Source: the human T2T-CHM13v2.0 reference genome, Homo sapiens. Taken from it: DNA of 64,000 nucleotides. The notes below the pieces were generated by a model, which was not told where the DNA came from, did no database searches, and saw only the letters and a list, made by a program, of their open reading frames with translations. This document shows, one piece after another, positions 43,950 to 60,598 of this stretch. Each line of letters starts with the position of its first letter. Position 1 is the stretch's first letter. Both the position numbers and the translations under genes were made by a program. The stretch is from assembly GCF_009914755.1 (NCBI RefSeq), contig NC_060928.1, one strand, 5' to 3'.

Positions 43950-46900
43950 GCTATTAGCTGATACTACAGTAAGAAATAATGCTAAATCTCAGTGGCTTAA
44001 AGAAACAGAAGTCAATTTTGCAATCCTGCTACAAGTCCAATACAAGTTGGCAGGAGGGCTCTGCTCATTGCAGTCTCCCCAGAGCTCAGGATCACTGCCG
44101 TTTTTTTTTTTTTTAATTATACTTTAAGTTCTGAGATACATGTGCAGAATGTGCAGGTTTGTTACATAGGTATACACATGCCATAGTGGTTTGCTGCACC
44201 CATCAACCCATCATCTACATTAGGTATTTCTCCTAATGCTATCCCTCTCCTAGTCCCCCAGCCCCTGACAGGCCCTGGTATATGATGTTCCCCTCCCTGT
44301 GTCCATGTGTTTTCACTGTTCAACTCCCACTTATGAGTGAGAACATGCAGTGTTTGGTTTTCTGTTCCTGTGTTAGTTTGCTGAGAATGATGGTTTCCAG
44401 CTTCATCCATGTCTCTGCAAAGGACATGAACTTATCCTTTTTTATGGCTGCATAGTATTCCATGGTGTATATGTGTCATATTTTCTTTATCCAGTCTATC
44501 ACTGATGGGCATTTTGGTTGGTTCCAAGTCTTTACTATTGTGAACAGTGCTGTAATAAACATATGTGTGAATGCATCTTTATAGTAGAATGATTTGTAAC
44601 CCTTTGGGTATATACCCAGTAATGGGATTGCTGTATCAAATGGTATTTATAGTTCTAGATCCTTGAGGAATTGCCACACTGTCTTCCACAATGATTGAAC
44701 TAATTTACTCCCACCAACAATATGAAAGCGTTCCTATTTCTTCACATCCTCTCCAGTATCTGTTGTTTCCTGACTTTTTAATGATCGCCATTCTAACTGG
44801 TGAGAGATGGTATCTCATTGTGGTTTTGATTTGCATTTCTCTAATGACGAGTGATTATGAGCTTTTTTTCATATGTTTTTTGGCTGCATAAATGTCTTCT
44901 TTTTGAGAAGTGTCTGTTCATATCCTTCACCCACTTTTTGATGGGGTTGTTTTTTTCTTGTAAATTTGTATCTGTTCCTTGTAGATTCTGGGTATAAGCC
45001 CTTAGTTAGATTGACAGATTGCAAAAATTTTCTCCCATTCTGTAGGTTGCCTGTTTACTCTGATGATAGTTTCTTTTGCTGTGCAGAAGCTCTTTAGTTT
45101 AATTAGATCCCATTAATCAATTTTGGCTTTTGTTGCCATTGCTTTTGGTGTTTTAGTCATGAAGTCTTTGCCCATGCCTATGTCCTGAATGGTATTGCCT
45201 AAGTTTTCTTCTAGGGTTTTTATGGTTTTAGGTCTTATGTTTAAGTCTTTAATCCATCTTGAGTTAATTTTTGTATGAAGTGTAAGGAAGGGATCCAGTT
45301 TCAGTTTTCTGCATATGGCTAGCCAGTTTTCCCAGCACCATTTATTAAATAAGGAATCCTTTCCCCATTGCTTATTTTTGTCAGGTTTGTCAAATATCAG
45401 ATGGCTGTATATGTGTGGCATTATTTCTGAGCCATCTGCTCTGTTCCATTGGTCTATATATCTGTTTTGATACCAGTACAATGCTGTTTTAGTTACTGTA
45501 GCCTTGTAGTATAGTTTGAAGTTAGTTAGCGTGATGCCTCCAGCTTTGTTGTTTTTGCTTAGGATTGTCTTGGATATATGGGCTCTTTTTTGGTTCCCAA
45601 CTTTAAAGTAGTTTTTTTCTAATTCTGTGAAGAAAGTCAGTGGTAGCTTGATGGGGATAGGATTGAATCTATAAATTACTTTGGGCAGTACAACCATTTT
45701 CACGATATTGATTCTTCCTATCCATGAGCATTTGTTTGTGTCCTCTCTTATTTCCTTCAGCAATGGTTTGTAGTTCTCCTTGAAGAGGTCCTTCACATCC
45801 ATTGTAAGTTGTATTCCTAGGTATTTTATTCTCTTTGTAGCAATTGCAAATGGGCATTCACTTATGATTTGGCTCTCTGCTTGTCTGTTATTGGTATATA
45901 GGAATGCTTGTGATTTTCGTACATTGATTTTGTATCCTGAGACTTTGCTGAAGTTGCTTATCAGCTTAAGGAGATTTTGGACTGAGATGATGGGGTTTTC
46001 TAAATATGCAATCATGTCATCTGCAAACAGGGACAATTTGACTTCCTGTCTTCCTATTTGAATACGCTTTATTTCTTTCTCTTGCCTGACTGCCCTGGCC
46101 AGAACTTCCAATACTATGTTGAATAGGAGTGGTGAGAGAGGGCATCCTTGTCTTGTGCTGGTTTTCAAAGGGAATGTTTCCAGCTTCTGCCCATTCAGTA
46201 TGATATTTGCTATGGGTTTGTCATAAATAGCTGTTATTATTTTGAGATATGTTCCATCAATACCTAGTTTATTGAGAGTTTTTAGCATGAAGGGATACTG
46301 AATTTTGTTGAAGACCTTTTCTGCATCTATTGAGATAATCATGTGGTTTTTGTCATTAGTTCTGTTTATGTGATGGCTTACACGCATTGATTTGCGTATG
46401 TTGAACCATCCTTGCATCCCAGGGATGAAGGTGACTTGATTGTGGTAGATAAGCTTTTTGATGTGCTCCTGGATTTGGTTTGCCAGTATTTTATTGAGGA
46501 TTTTCGCATCCATGTTCATCAGTGATATTGGCCTGAATTTTTTTTTTTTTTTGTATATCCTTCAGGTTTTGGTATCAGGATGATGCTGGCCTCATAAAAT
46601 GAGCTAGGGAGGAGTCCCTCTTTTTCTATTGTTTGGAATACTTTCTGAAGGAATAGTACCAGCTCCTCTTTGTACCTCTGGTAGAATTCAGCTGTGAATC
46701 TGTCTGGTCCCCAGCTTTTTTTGGTTGGTAGGCTATTAATTACTGCCTCAATTTCAGAACTTGTTATTGGTCTATTCAGGGATTCAACTTCTTCCTGATT
46801 TAGTCTTGGGAGGGTATATGTGTCCAGGAATTTATCTATTTCTTCTAGATTTTCTAGTTTATTTGTATAGAGGTGTTTATAGTATTCTCTGATGGTAGTT

Positions 46901-47903
46901 TGTATTTCTGTGGGATCAGTGGTGATATCCCCTTTATCATTTTTTATTGTATCTATTTGATTCTTCTCTCTTTCCTTCTCTATTAGTCTGGCTAGCTGTC
47001 TATCTATTTTGTTAATCTTTTAAAAAAACCAGCTCCTAGGTTCATTGATTTTTTGAAGGGTTTTTCGTGTCTCTATCTCCTTCAGTTATGCTCTGATCTT
47101 AGTTATTTCTTGTCTTCTGCTAGCTTTTGAATGTGTTTGCTCTTGCTTCTCTAGTTCTTTTAATTGTGGTGCTAGGGTGTCAATTTTAGATCTTTCCTGC
47201 TTTCTCTTATGGGCATTTGGTGGTATATATTTCCCTCTAAACAGTGTTTTAGCTGTGTCCCAGAGATTCTGGCCCATTTTGTCTTCATTCTCATTGGTTT
47301 CAAAGAACTTCCTTATTTCTGCCTTAATTTCGTTATTTACCCAGTAGTCATTCAGGAGCAGGTTGTTCAGTTTCCATGTATTTGTGCAGTTTTGAGTGAG
47401 TTTCTTAATCCTGAGTTCTAATTTGATTGCAGTGTGGTCTGAGAGACTGTTATGATTTCCATTCTTTCACATCTGCTGAGGAGTTTTTACTTTCAATTAT
47501 TTGGTGAATTTTAGAATAAGTACAATGTGGTGCTGAGAAGAATGTATATTCTGTCAATTTGGGGTGGAGAGTTCTGTAGATGTCTATTAGGTCTGCTTGG
47601 TCCAGAGCTGAGTTCAAGTCCTGAATATACTTGTTAATTTCTGTCTTGTTGATCTGTCTAATTTTGACAGTGGGGTTTTAAAGTCTCCCACTATTATTGT
47701 GTGGGAGTCTAAGTCTCTTTGTAGGTCTCTAAGAACTTGCTTTATATATCTGGGTGCTCCTATATTGGGTGCATATATGTTTAGGATAGTTAGCTCTTCT
47801 TGTTGCATTTATCTCTTTACCATTATGTGATGCCCTTCTTTGTGTTTTTTGATCTTTGTTGGTTTAAAGCCTGTTTTATCTGAGGCTAGTATTGCAATTC
47901 CTG

Positions 47904-47958
<55 letters not shown>

Positions 47959-50820
47959 TTCCAATTCTTGGTAAATAGTCCTCCATCCCTTTATTTTGAG
48001 CCTATGTATGTTTTTGCATGTGAGCTGGGTCTCCTGAATACAGTACGCTGATGGGTCTTGACTTTTTATCCAATTTGCCAGTCTGTGTCTTTTAATTGGG
48101 GCATTTAGCCCGTTTACATTTAAAATTAATATTGTTATGTGTGAATTTGATCCTGTCATTATGATGCTAGCTGGTTATTTTGCCTATTAGTTGATGCAGT
48201 TTCTTCATAGTGTCGATGGTCTTTACAATTTGGTATGTTTTTGCAGTGACTGGTACTGGTTTTTCCTTTCCACATTTAGTGCTTCCTTCAGAAGCTCTTG
48301 TAAAGCAGGCCTGGTGGTGAAAAAATCTCTCAGCATTTGCTTATCTGTAAAATATTTTATTTCTCCTTCACTTATGAAGCTTAGTTTGACTGGTTATGAA
48401 ATTCTAGTTTGAAAATTCTTTTCTTTAAGCATGTTGAATATTGGCCCCCACTCTTTTCTTGCTTGTAGGGTTTCTGCAGAGAGTCCCACTGTTAGTCTGA
48501 TGGGCTTCCCTTTGTGGGTATTCCGACCTTTCTGTCTGGCTGCCCTTAACATTTTTTCCTTCATTTCAACCTTGGTGAATCTGACAATTATGTGTCTTGG
48601 AGTTGCTCTTCGTGAGGATTATCTTTGTGGTGTTCTCCGTATTTGCTGAATTTCAGTGTTGGTCTGTCTTGCTAGGTTGAGGAAGTTCTCCTGGATAATA
48701 TCCTGAAGAGTGTTTTCCAACTTGGTTCCATTCTCCTCATTACTTCCAGGTACACCAATCAGATGTAGGTTTGGTCTTTTCACAGAGTCTCACATTTCTT
48801 GGAGGCTTTGTTTATTCCTTTTCATTCTTTTTTCTCTAATCTTGTCTTCATGCTTTATTTCATTAAGTTGATCTTCAATCTCTGATATCCTTTCTTCCAC
48901 TTAATCGATTTGGATATTGATACTTGTGTATGCTTCACGAAGTTCTCGTGCTGTGTTTTTCAGCTCCATCAGGTCATTTATGTTCTTCTCTAAACTGGTT
49001 ATTCTGGTTAGCAATTCCTCTAACCTTTTTTCAAGGTTCTTAGCTTCCTTGTATTGGGTTATAACATGTTCCTTTAACTCAGAAGAGTTTGTTATTACCC
49101 ATGTTCTGAAGCCTACTTCTGTCACTTCCTCAAACTCATTCTCCATCCACTTTTGTTCCCTTGCTGGCAAGGAGTTGTGATCCTTTGGAGGAGAAGAGGC
49201 ATTCCCATTTTTGGAATTTTCAGGCTTTTTGTGTTGGTTTTTCCTCATCTTCATGGATTTTCTGCCTTTGGTCTTTGATGTTAGTGGCCTTTGGATGGGG
49301 TTTTTGTGTGGATATCTTTTTTGTTGATGTTGATGCTATTCCTTTCTGTTCATTAGTTTTCCTTCTAAGAGGCCCCTCTGCTGCAGGTCTGCTGGAGTTC
49401 ACTCAAGGTCCATTCTAGACCTTGTTTGCCTGGGTGTCACCAGCAGAGGCTTCAGAACAGCAAACATTGCTGCCTGTTCCTTCCTCTGGAAGCTTCGTCC
49501 CAGAGGGGTACCTGCTAGATGCCAGCCAGAGCTCTCCTGTATGAGATGTCTGTCGACCCCTGCTGGGAGGTTTCTCCCAGTCAGGAGGCATGGGGGTCAG
49601 GGACCCACTTGAGGAGGCAGTCTGTTCCTTAGCAGAGCTTGAGTGCTGTGCTGGGAGATCTGCTGCTCTCTTCAGAGCTGGCAGGCAGGAACATTTAAGT
49701 CTGCTCTGCCCACAGCCGCCCCTTCCCCCAGGTGCTCTGTCCCAAGGAGATGGGAGCTTTATCTATAAACCCCTGACTGGGGCTGCTGCCTTACTTTCAG
49801 AGATGCCTTTCCCAGAGAGGAAGAATCTAGAGAGGCAGTCTAGCTACAGTGGCTTTCTGGTGCTGCCGTGGGCTCCACCCAGTCCGAACTTCCTAGCAGC
49901 TTTGTTTACACTGTGAAGGGAAAACCGCCAACTCAAGCCTCAGTAATGGTGGATGCCCCTCCCCCCCACCAAACTCAAGCATCCCAGGTCAACTTCAGAC
50001 TGCTGTGCTGGCAGCAAGAATTTCAAGCCAGTGGATCTTAGCTTGCTGGGCTCTGTGGGGGTGGGATCCACTGAGCTAGACCATTTGGCTCACTGGCTTC
50101 AGCCACATTTCCAGGGAAGTGAACAGTTCTGTCTTGCTGGCATTCCAGGTGCCACTGGGATATGGAAAAAAACTCCTGTAGCTAGCTCGGTGTCTGCCCA
50201 AATGGTGGCCCAGTTTTGTGCTTGAAACCCAGGGTCCTGGTGGTGTAGGCACCCGAAGGAATCTCCTGGTCTGTGGATTGCGAAGACTGTGGGAAAAGCG
50301 TAGTATCTGGGCCAGAATGCACTGTCTTTCGCAGCACAGTCCCTCACAGCTTCCCTTCGCTAGGGGAGAGAGTTTCCCGATCCCTTGCAGTTACTGGGTG
50401 AGGCAACACCCCACCCTACTTTGGCTCCCCCTCTGTGAGCTGCACCCACTGTCTAACCAGTCCCAATGAGCTGGGTACCTCAGCTGGAAATGCAGAAATC
50501 ACCCTCTTTCTGCGTTGATCTCACTGGGAGCTGCAAACCAGAGTGGTCCTTATTTGGCCATCTTGCCAGCCACCAATGACGTTGCCATTTTTTGAGGCCA
50601 CTATCTCAAAGAGAGTTTGTGGTGGCAAAGGAGCAGAGGATGGAGAACCATACCCCAGCTCTTGAATGCTTCTGCCCAGAACTCACATAGATGACTTTTT
50701 TCACATTTCCCTGGACAAAGCAAGATATATGGTCATACCTAACGTCCAGGAGGCTGACATGTTTCATCCTCTCCTGTGTCTGGAAGGGGAGGAGACCCGG
50801 AAACATTAGTGAGCACTGCT
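43950..50820. mobile_element. Old MaLR (MLT1-like) LTR split by the L1 (pieces about 43950-44100 and 50580-50820)
   Basis: atctcagtggcttaaa...gggctctgctc on the left, gctcttgaatgcttctgcccagaa...aaagcaag on the right. Confidence 0.55.
44101..50573 (-). mobile_element. Full-length decayed LINE-1 (L1PA7/8-like) in SPARCL1 intron 7
   Basis: 5'UTR start GCTGGCAAGATGGCC, ORF1 fragments (48901-49254), ORF2 endonuclease (MTGSNSHITIL, 48159) and RT (SLFADDM, 45113-46519) fragments, 3'UTR and poly(A) at 44101; many stops and frameshifts. Confidence 0.96.
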
Positions 50821-51298
50821 AATGTGGAGAATCACTTAGTGGTAAGGGGAGCCAAACACAATTGAGAATATCCTGGGGAAGGAAGACAGCCTTAAAACAC
50901 TTCTGGAAAAATGTGTTGTCAGAGACTTCTTGGCAAAGGCTTAACTTAAATTGGGAAGAGGGCAAATAATGTAGCAAAATTCCAGTGATTCAACTCTGTG
51001 ATTAAGTGGATAGCATTATCATAGTGGTTCTGAGCCCTGGCTGCACATTAGAATTGTCTAGGTTACTTCAAAAACAAATAAAAAAAACAATGTCAGGATT
51101 CCAACCTAGTTCAGTTAAATCAGAATCTCCTACGGTTAAGGCCTGAGAGTTCTTATTTTTTAAGTTTCTCCAGTTGATAATTTTTGTGTTCAGAACTACA
51201 TCAGCTTTTCCCTGTTTGCATATAGATAATTCAGGCATGTCCAGATTCACCCCAAGCCCTCTCAGAGATGATGGTTGACAGGAGGGACATAATCTTAC

Positions 51299-51419
51299 AT
51301 TTGCAGGCTCCAAAATAATCCAGCTGGAGTTGATGCCCCTTTTTGGTCCCCTCCAGTCTGCATTTAGTAGCGAATAGATGACAGGAACTAGCATAGGTCT
51401 GATTGTCAGTGCCACAAAC
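51299..51419 (-). CDS. SPARCL1: SPARCL1 exon 7: Kazal module ([24 protein letters not shown]...YFGACK)
   Basis: ttccatag| ... t|gtaaga; 121 nt; Kazal VCGTD..TY...C motif. Confidence 0.97.
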
Positions 51420-51785
51420 CTATGGAAGATAAGTAGAAGAAAAAGCTGATAGAGCCAAATGCTCACTGGAAGACACTCTGCTCCTTAAAGCTCATATGCT
51501 GATAACAGCGCTGTGCCAAAGATGTGGTCAGGTAGGTGAGACTATTAAAATCGTAATTGTTCCATTTGGCATCAAAAAAATCAACTAAACTGTACCAACG
51601 GTGATGACAATTTAGCTCTAGATAAGCTCAGTAGAATGAAAACTGCAGATGTTCCAAATATCCCAAATAACCAAATGATAACCTAGGTATCTACCTTTTT
51701 TAAGCAAAAATTTCAATGGCAAATATTTTTATTTCAGTCACTAACCTTTTGGAGCCACTTAAAGACTATTTTGCAGAATACTTAC

Positions 51786-51904
51786 TTGATCAAGGGGTTT
51801 TGTTGGAGGACAAGTCACTGGATCCTGGCAGACACAGTGAGGTTTTCCCTGTTGGTCTGCCTTACAGATGTGGCCTCTTTTACACTGGAAGCTCATGCAA
51901 GAAT
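51786..51904 (-). CDS. SPARCL1: SPARCL1 exon 6: follistatin-N module (DSCMSFQCKRGHICK...PTKPLDQ)
   Basis: ttctgttag| ... caa|gtaagt; 119 nt; SPARC-type cysteine spacing. Confidence 0.97.
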
Positions 51905-52643
51905 CTAACAGAAAAGATTGGGCAGGAAGCATGGACAAAGTTAAATTGAGTATGTAAATACAAATTCACTCAACTAGTTTCATTTTCACTAATGAAGGGG
52001 AAATTTTGAAGTCCTTGAAATTTGCAAATTTGGAAGTGGGAAGACATTGGAATCCTCTTTAATTGATGTGTTAATGTCAGATGGAACCTTCTATTTTACA
52101 TGATAATTTTACTGATTATTTTACATGATAATCTAGATTTCCTCTTGCAGCAGTTTGGATTGGAGATGTGCAAAGAACAGACAGCTCTTCTATGCCTGAG
52201 ATGGTCATAGTCTGAAGTCCTTAGTGCAACGTTGTGCAAGCTGGTCAGAAGTGAAATAAGGCTGAAATTCAAAATGTTTGTGATAGGGGGAGGAATAAGG
52301 TCCTTTATCAAGTATGGGATATAAATTCATCAGCAAGTTACAGATTTGAGAATAAATAAGATAGAATTAAGTCTTTTCAGAAGCAAAAGGATTTAAGGAA
52401 GAACTCTAGCCCTTTCACTAATATCTCAACAGGGCTTCCAGTTTGCAAACACATTTACCCATTGTTGTATATCAAGTATGCACAAGAAAATGTCAACAAT
52501 TTATGGGAGCATTTCCTTGGGGAGGACTGGGGAGAGAAAAAATTCTGTGCAGCATTCACAAAGGATGGAGGGACAAGCCCAAAGTGGCAGATTCCATTTC
52601 TTCCTTGATATAGTCACAAACAGCTTGCTTCATGCATACTCAC

Positions 52644-52716
52644 CCACAGCATGCACCCTCATGTTGCCTTCACTTGACGTTTCCTCCTCATTTGATGAGT
52701 TCTCTGCTTTCTTGGC
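52644..52716 (-). CDS. SPARCL1: SPARCL1 exon 5: AKKAENSSNEEETSSEGNMRVHAV
   Basis: ttctaaag| ... g|gtgagt; 73 nt. Confidence 0.95.
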
Positions 52717-52835
52717 CTTTAGAATAACAAGAGCAAAAGTTAAAATCTACTAAGAGGAGAGCCATTACTTAATTTATATTTCCACTGTGCATACTTTCAC
52801 GAGTATTTTTCATGCTCAAATCATTTCAAATCTCA

Positions 52836-53544
<709 letters not shown>

Positions 53545-54039
53545 TTAGTGCGTTATCTCTGGGGATTACTCAATAAGACTTGGAGTCTCCTCTTTGGATT
53601 TGAGAAAACACTAGAAATGTAGTATTATCTTGTGATTTTGTAGTTAAGCCAGAGTTACATTGGAAATCTCTCTGAATTTGTTGGTAAAGCTTTCATACCA
53701 GGCTTTTAAGGTATAAGAAAACTCCTACGTTAGAGTGGCAGCAGAGTTCTCAGTAACTGAGGTTACCATTGACCTTGTGTACCAAAATCTGTGCCAAGTC
53801 CTGCTGGCACAGGACTTTGTGGCTGCCAGGATTTTGAATGAAAGCTCCAAATATGCTTCCTCCCTGCCCCGATCCTGCTGTAGTTTCCAGATTATCATTT
53901 TGGTATGTGTTTGCTTAATAAAGTAGGACCTTAATCTTTATAACTAATTCAACAAACATTGTTGGCTCTTTTGTTATGTCAGAGACATTTTGTTGGACAC
54001 TGGTGATTCAACTCGAAAACAATATGGCATCTGCTTTCA

Positions 54040-54432
54040 AGGCATTAGAGCAGCAGTTGCCAGTATCTCCTGTCCTTCAGATCTGTCATAATTTATCATT
54101 CCAGCTAGTTCCAGGGACTTTCAATGGCCAATATCTGCATTTCCGTGCCTGAAAAATCATGGAAATTGACCTGGCTCACTCAAGGGACAGGCTGGAAATG
54201 CTGGGAAATTAATACCCCTCTAGCAATCCTCAGCCAAAAGAAGTACCCTAGCTCCTTCAGTCGCCAAATGGAATACTTCTGAGAAAATGTCTTTACATGG
54301 CTTGAATGATGTTCCTTTTATTAGCTTCCTTTCCTTCTTGTGTTACTTCTGCACTCCTCTTTGTTCCCTGTGCTTCTTAAATAAACAACACTCAAATCCA
54401 AGATCTGCATCTACGGGAACTCAAATAAAACA
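54040..54432 (+). mobile_element. LTR16-like ERVL LTR
   Basis: gggacaggctggaaatgctgggaaattaatacccc ... aataaac...ctcaaatcc...gggaactcaaataaaaca. Confidence 0.5.
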
Positions 54433-54604
54433 GGCATTCTCAGCCTAATGATAGAGATAGACCTAAAAAGAAATAACTGTAATATATTTTAGTAATGTAC
54501 TAGTAGACATCCATACAGGACACTGTGAGAGCACAGAGAAAGGTCATGACTGTTTATTGATAATGCTGGCTTTATTGGACAAGGACCATTTAAAATAATT
54601 TTAC

Positions 54605-55621
54605 CTCTTGGTGCTCTCCAGGCTCAGTGGTACCTATATTTTCATTTTCATGTACTTTTTCTCTTTGCTCCTCAATTTTGAGGTGATAGGCAATGGATTG
54701 AGCTCTCTCGGCCTCCAGAAAGGCCTGGCTTGGGATGAAGTAGTCATCACTTGCACTGTGCCTGGGGCCATCAGTGCCGCCATCATCGCCATCATCATCG
54801 CCATCATCATCAACTCCATGATTTCTGGGCGTGGTATTACCATCATCAGTAGGTTCCATGAGCAGAGCCTCAGAAACAGTCTTTTCTTCTGTCTCTTTGT
54901 GGTTGCTGATAGCTTCTAGGCCAGTTTTACCCTCTTGACTCTGCCATTCAGTTTCTTGAATGTGCTTATTGACGTTCGATGCATTTTCCTCTTCCATTTC
55001 TGCATTGGAGTTATCTTCTTGTTCTTGGTTACCCTGATCAAATTCATCCTCCTGCATCTTGCTTACTTGAGTTGGTTGATCAGACTCTTCCAAAATATCA
55101 TCAGATTGGGTATTGTCTTCCTCCTGCTTGCTGTTAGCATGCTCCCTGGGCAATTCTGTCTTTCTTTCTTGGTTATCATTGTGGGTACCAACTTCACCTG
55201 GCTCTTTTTCTTCTTCCTCTTCTCCATTGGAAATATTTGGATCCTGCTCTTGGTTTCCTTGATCCCTTAGGCCTTGGCTATGTTTACTGCTCCTGTTCAA
55301 CTGATGATGTGAATAATTTCTAGGTTGTTCTTGGTTTTCCTCTCTCTTTGTGATACTTTCTTGTTGGTTAGAATCTGTGAAGGAACTAACACCAGGAGCC
55401 AAAAAATCAGTGTTCTCTGAGAGTTTTTTCTCCTGAGGCTCACTCATATCTTCTTTTATGTCCAATGTACCTTCAGTTGGTGCATACTCCAAATTCACAC
55501 TTAAGTGACCATCACTGTCCTCTTGATCCTTCAATCCCAGCTCTTGGCTAGAACTCTTGCCCTGTTCTGCTGACTGTTCATGGCTTTCCTCTTTTGACTT
55601 TAGTACTGATGATTTTTCAGC
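54605..55621 (-). CDS. SPARCL1: SPARCL1 exon 4: large acidic domain (AEKSSVLKSKEES...PGEHQE)
   Basis: 1017 nt open, phase 0/0; contains ORF 54590-55534; E/D/Q/N/S-rich with many S-x-E sites. Confidence 0.97.
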
Positions 55622-56003
55622 CTTAAAAGAAAAAAAAGTTCATTCTTCAAACAAATGATAATGTAACCATATTTATGCCTAAGGTAACATTTAATATTCA
55701 TTATTCTTTTTCTTCACACACTATCATGTAAACATGTTTATAATATTCCTCACAATCTGTAGCCACAGGTTTAAACTGAATTTGGATTTTATAAAATGAA
55801 ACAAGTATACAGCAGCTCAGCCCAAGTAGTAAAACTCATTAATCCTCATCATTCTTCTAGTGATTGGAGGCAGTTGAGGTGATCATCATGTTTTAAAAAA
55901 ATTAAACTGAGACATAAATAACATAATCTCTTTTACCATGCTTTGAAACTAAGACCTTTGGAGAATTAAAAAATTGTATTAATATAAATGATGTTACTTT
56001 TAC

Positions 56004-56150
56004 CTTATGGTGGGAATCGTCTTCTGTGGATACTGCTGTTTCTTTTTCATTTTCTTCAGCTTCAGCCCTTAAACTGGGGATTGCAGTGTTGTCGGGTGCT
56101 ACCGTTTCAGCAGTTGGTTTGGAATGATCAGATAATAATCTTGCATTTGT
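56004..56150 (-). CDS. SPARCL1: SPARCL1 exon 3: TNARLLSDHSKPTAETV...EDDSHHK
   Basis: tttttcag| ... aag|gtaaaa; 147 nt, phase 0/0. Confidence 0.96.
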
Positions 56151-56660
56151 CTGAAAAAATTAAAAACTGGTTTTTGTTATTCATGTCTGGATGCTAATTT
56201 ACAAATTTGCTAGTTACTCTTGTTGTCATCATTATTAGTAGCAATATACTTCATTTATACCAACAATTTAAAAATATTCTCTAGAGTTTTTGAGGATATA
56301 AGCAGATGCCTAGAACAGAATGTTAAGTGGAAGCAGAATCTCAATTGTGTTTAAGAAAAAGTTATTTATGCAGAGACTGGGTGAAAATAAAACAAAATGC
56401 ATTTAAATAATGGTAACTTTGAGTTTTGAAATTATTTTCTGTGTTTTTTAAACTTTTGCAAAGCATTTGTACTTTACAATTTTGGAAAGTGTTGTTTAGC
56501 AGAAAGTTGAAGTCAAATAAAATTAACCATAGGATATAGTATTGTACATTTGCCTAATTTAAGTACCCACCGATAATTAGCAGAAAAATTTATAAACTTT
56601 TTATCAATATTTATTTGATTTCTTAACGCCATTGGCCTTAACGTTGGTCAGGAAATCTTA

Positions 56661-56968
<308 letters not shown>

Positions 56969-57272
56969 TTAGAATTAATTCAGACTGTGTGAGACAGGGC
57001 ACTAAGCCTAAGTAGAAAAGGGCATGTCTGGAGTATTAATTTCTATTAGAGGGATGGTCCTATTTCTAGCAAGATTGGAGACTTGGATAAAGAGCTGGGC
57101 AGTGATGCATGATGGGGAAGTTGAACAACTGAACTTGGAGGTAAGAGGCCTCCATTCAAGTCTTGCCTCTGCTATTTACTTTCTATCTGTGGTTTGACAG
57201 GTCGTTAATATTTTTTATTAGTTAAAAAACATTAATAAAATTAATTCATTATATTAATTTTTAATTAATTAA

Positions 57273-60198
<2,926 letters not shown>

Positions 60199-60544
60199 CT
60201 AAAATCTTGGGTTTATAATAACAATGTGATGAGCTTCCCTGGGAGAATTTATTTCTTCCTGTCTCTTGTGTATTTGGGCTGATTCTATGGCTAATAAACT
60301 GATAGCCCAAACTTTCTGCTGCATATTTATTGTGTCCTGTAGAACCTGATAGTTCTAAAATTTTTTTTTAAGTACCTTATCTTGAGTTTTCCAGTTATTT
60401 GTTTGTTACTTGGGCAATAAAGAATATAATTAAAATAAAAAGAGAATTTCAAACCATTATATAAGAACATTTTCTTTTAAATGGAGGATTTCTGCATTAA
60501 ATGTCAGGAGAAAGAGATGTAATAACAGAAGAAAGGAAATTTAC

Positions 60545-60598
60545 CGGGATTGCAGCTGCAGTTCCCAAGAGACATAGGAAAAAAAGCCCAGTCTTCAT
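60545..60598 (-). CDS. SPARCL1: SPARCL1 exon 2: MKTGLFFLCLLGTAAAIP (exon starts at 60609)
   Basis: ttcacag| acceptor, 11-nt UTR, 54 coding nt, |gtaaat donor; signal peptide. Confidence 0.96.

Noticed and set aside
45113-46519. 468-aa reverse-transcriptase ORF as a novel or active RT system
   Set aside because: Fragment of L1 ORF2 in an element broken by stops and frameshifts
54608-55270. Hydrophobic + strand ORFs (103 and 111 aa)
   Set aside because: Antisense shadows of the purine-rich SPARCL1 exon 4
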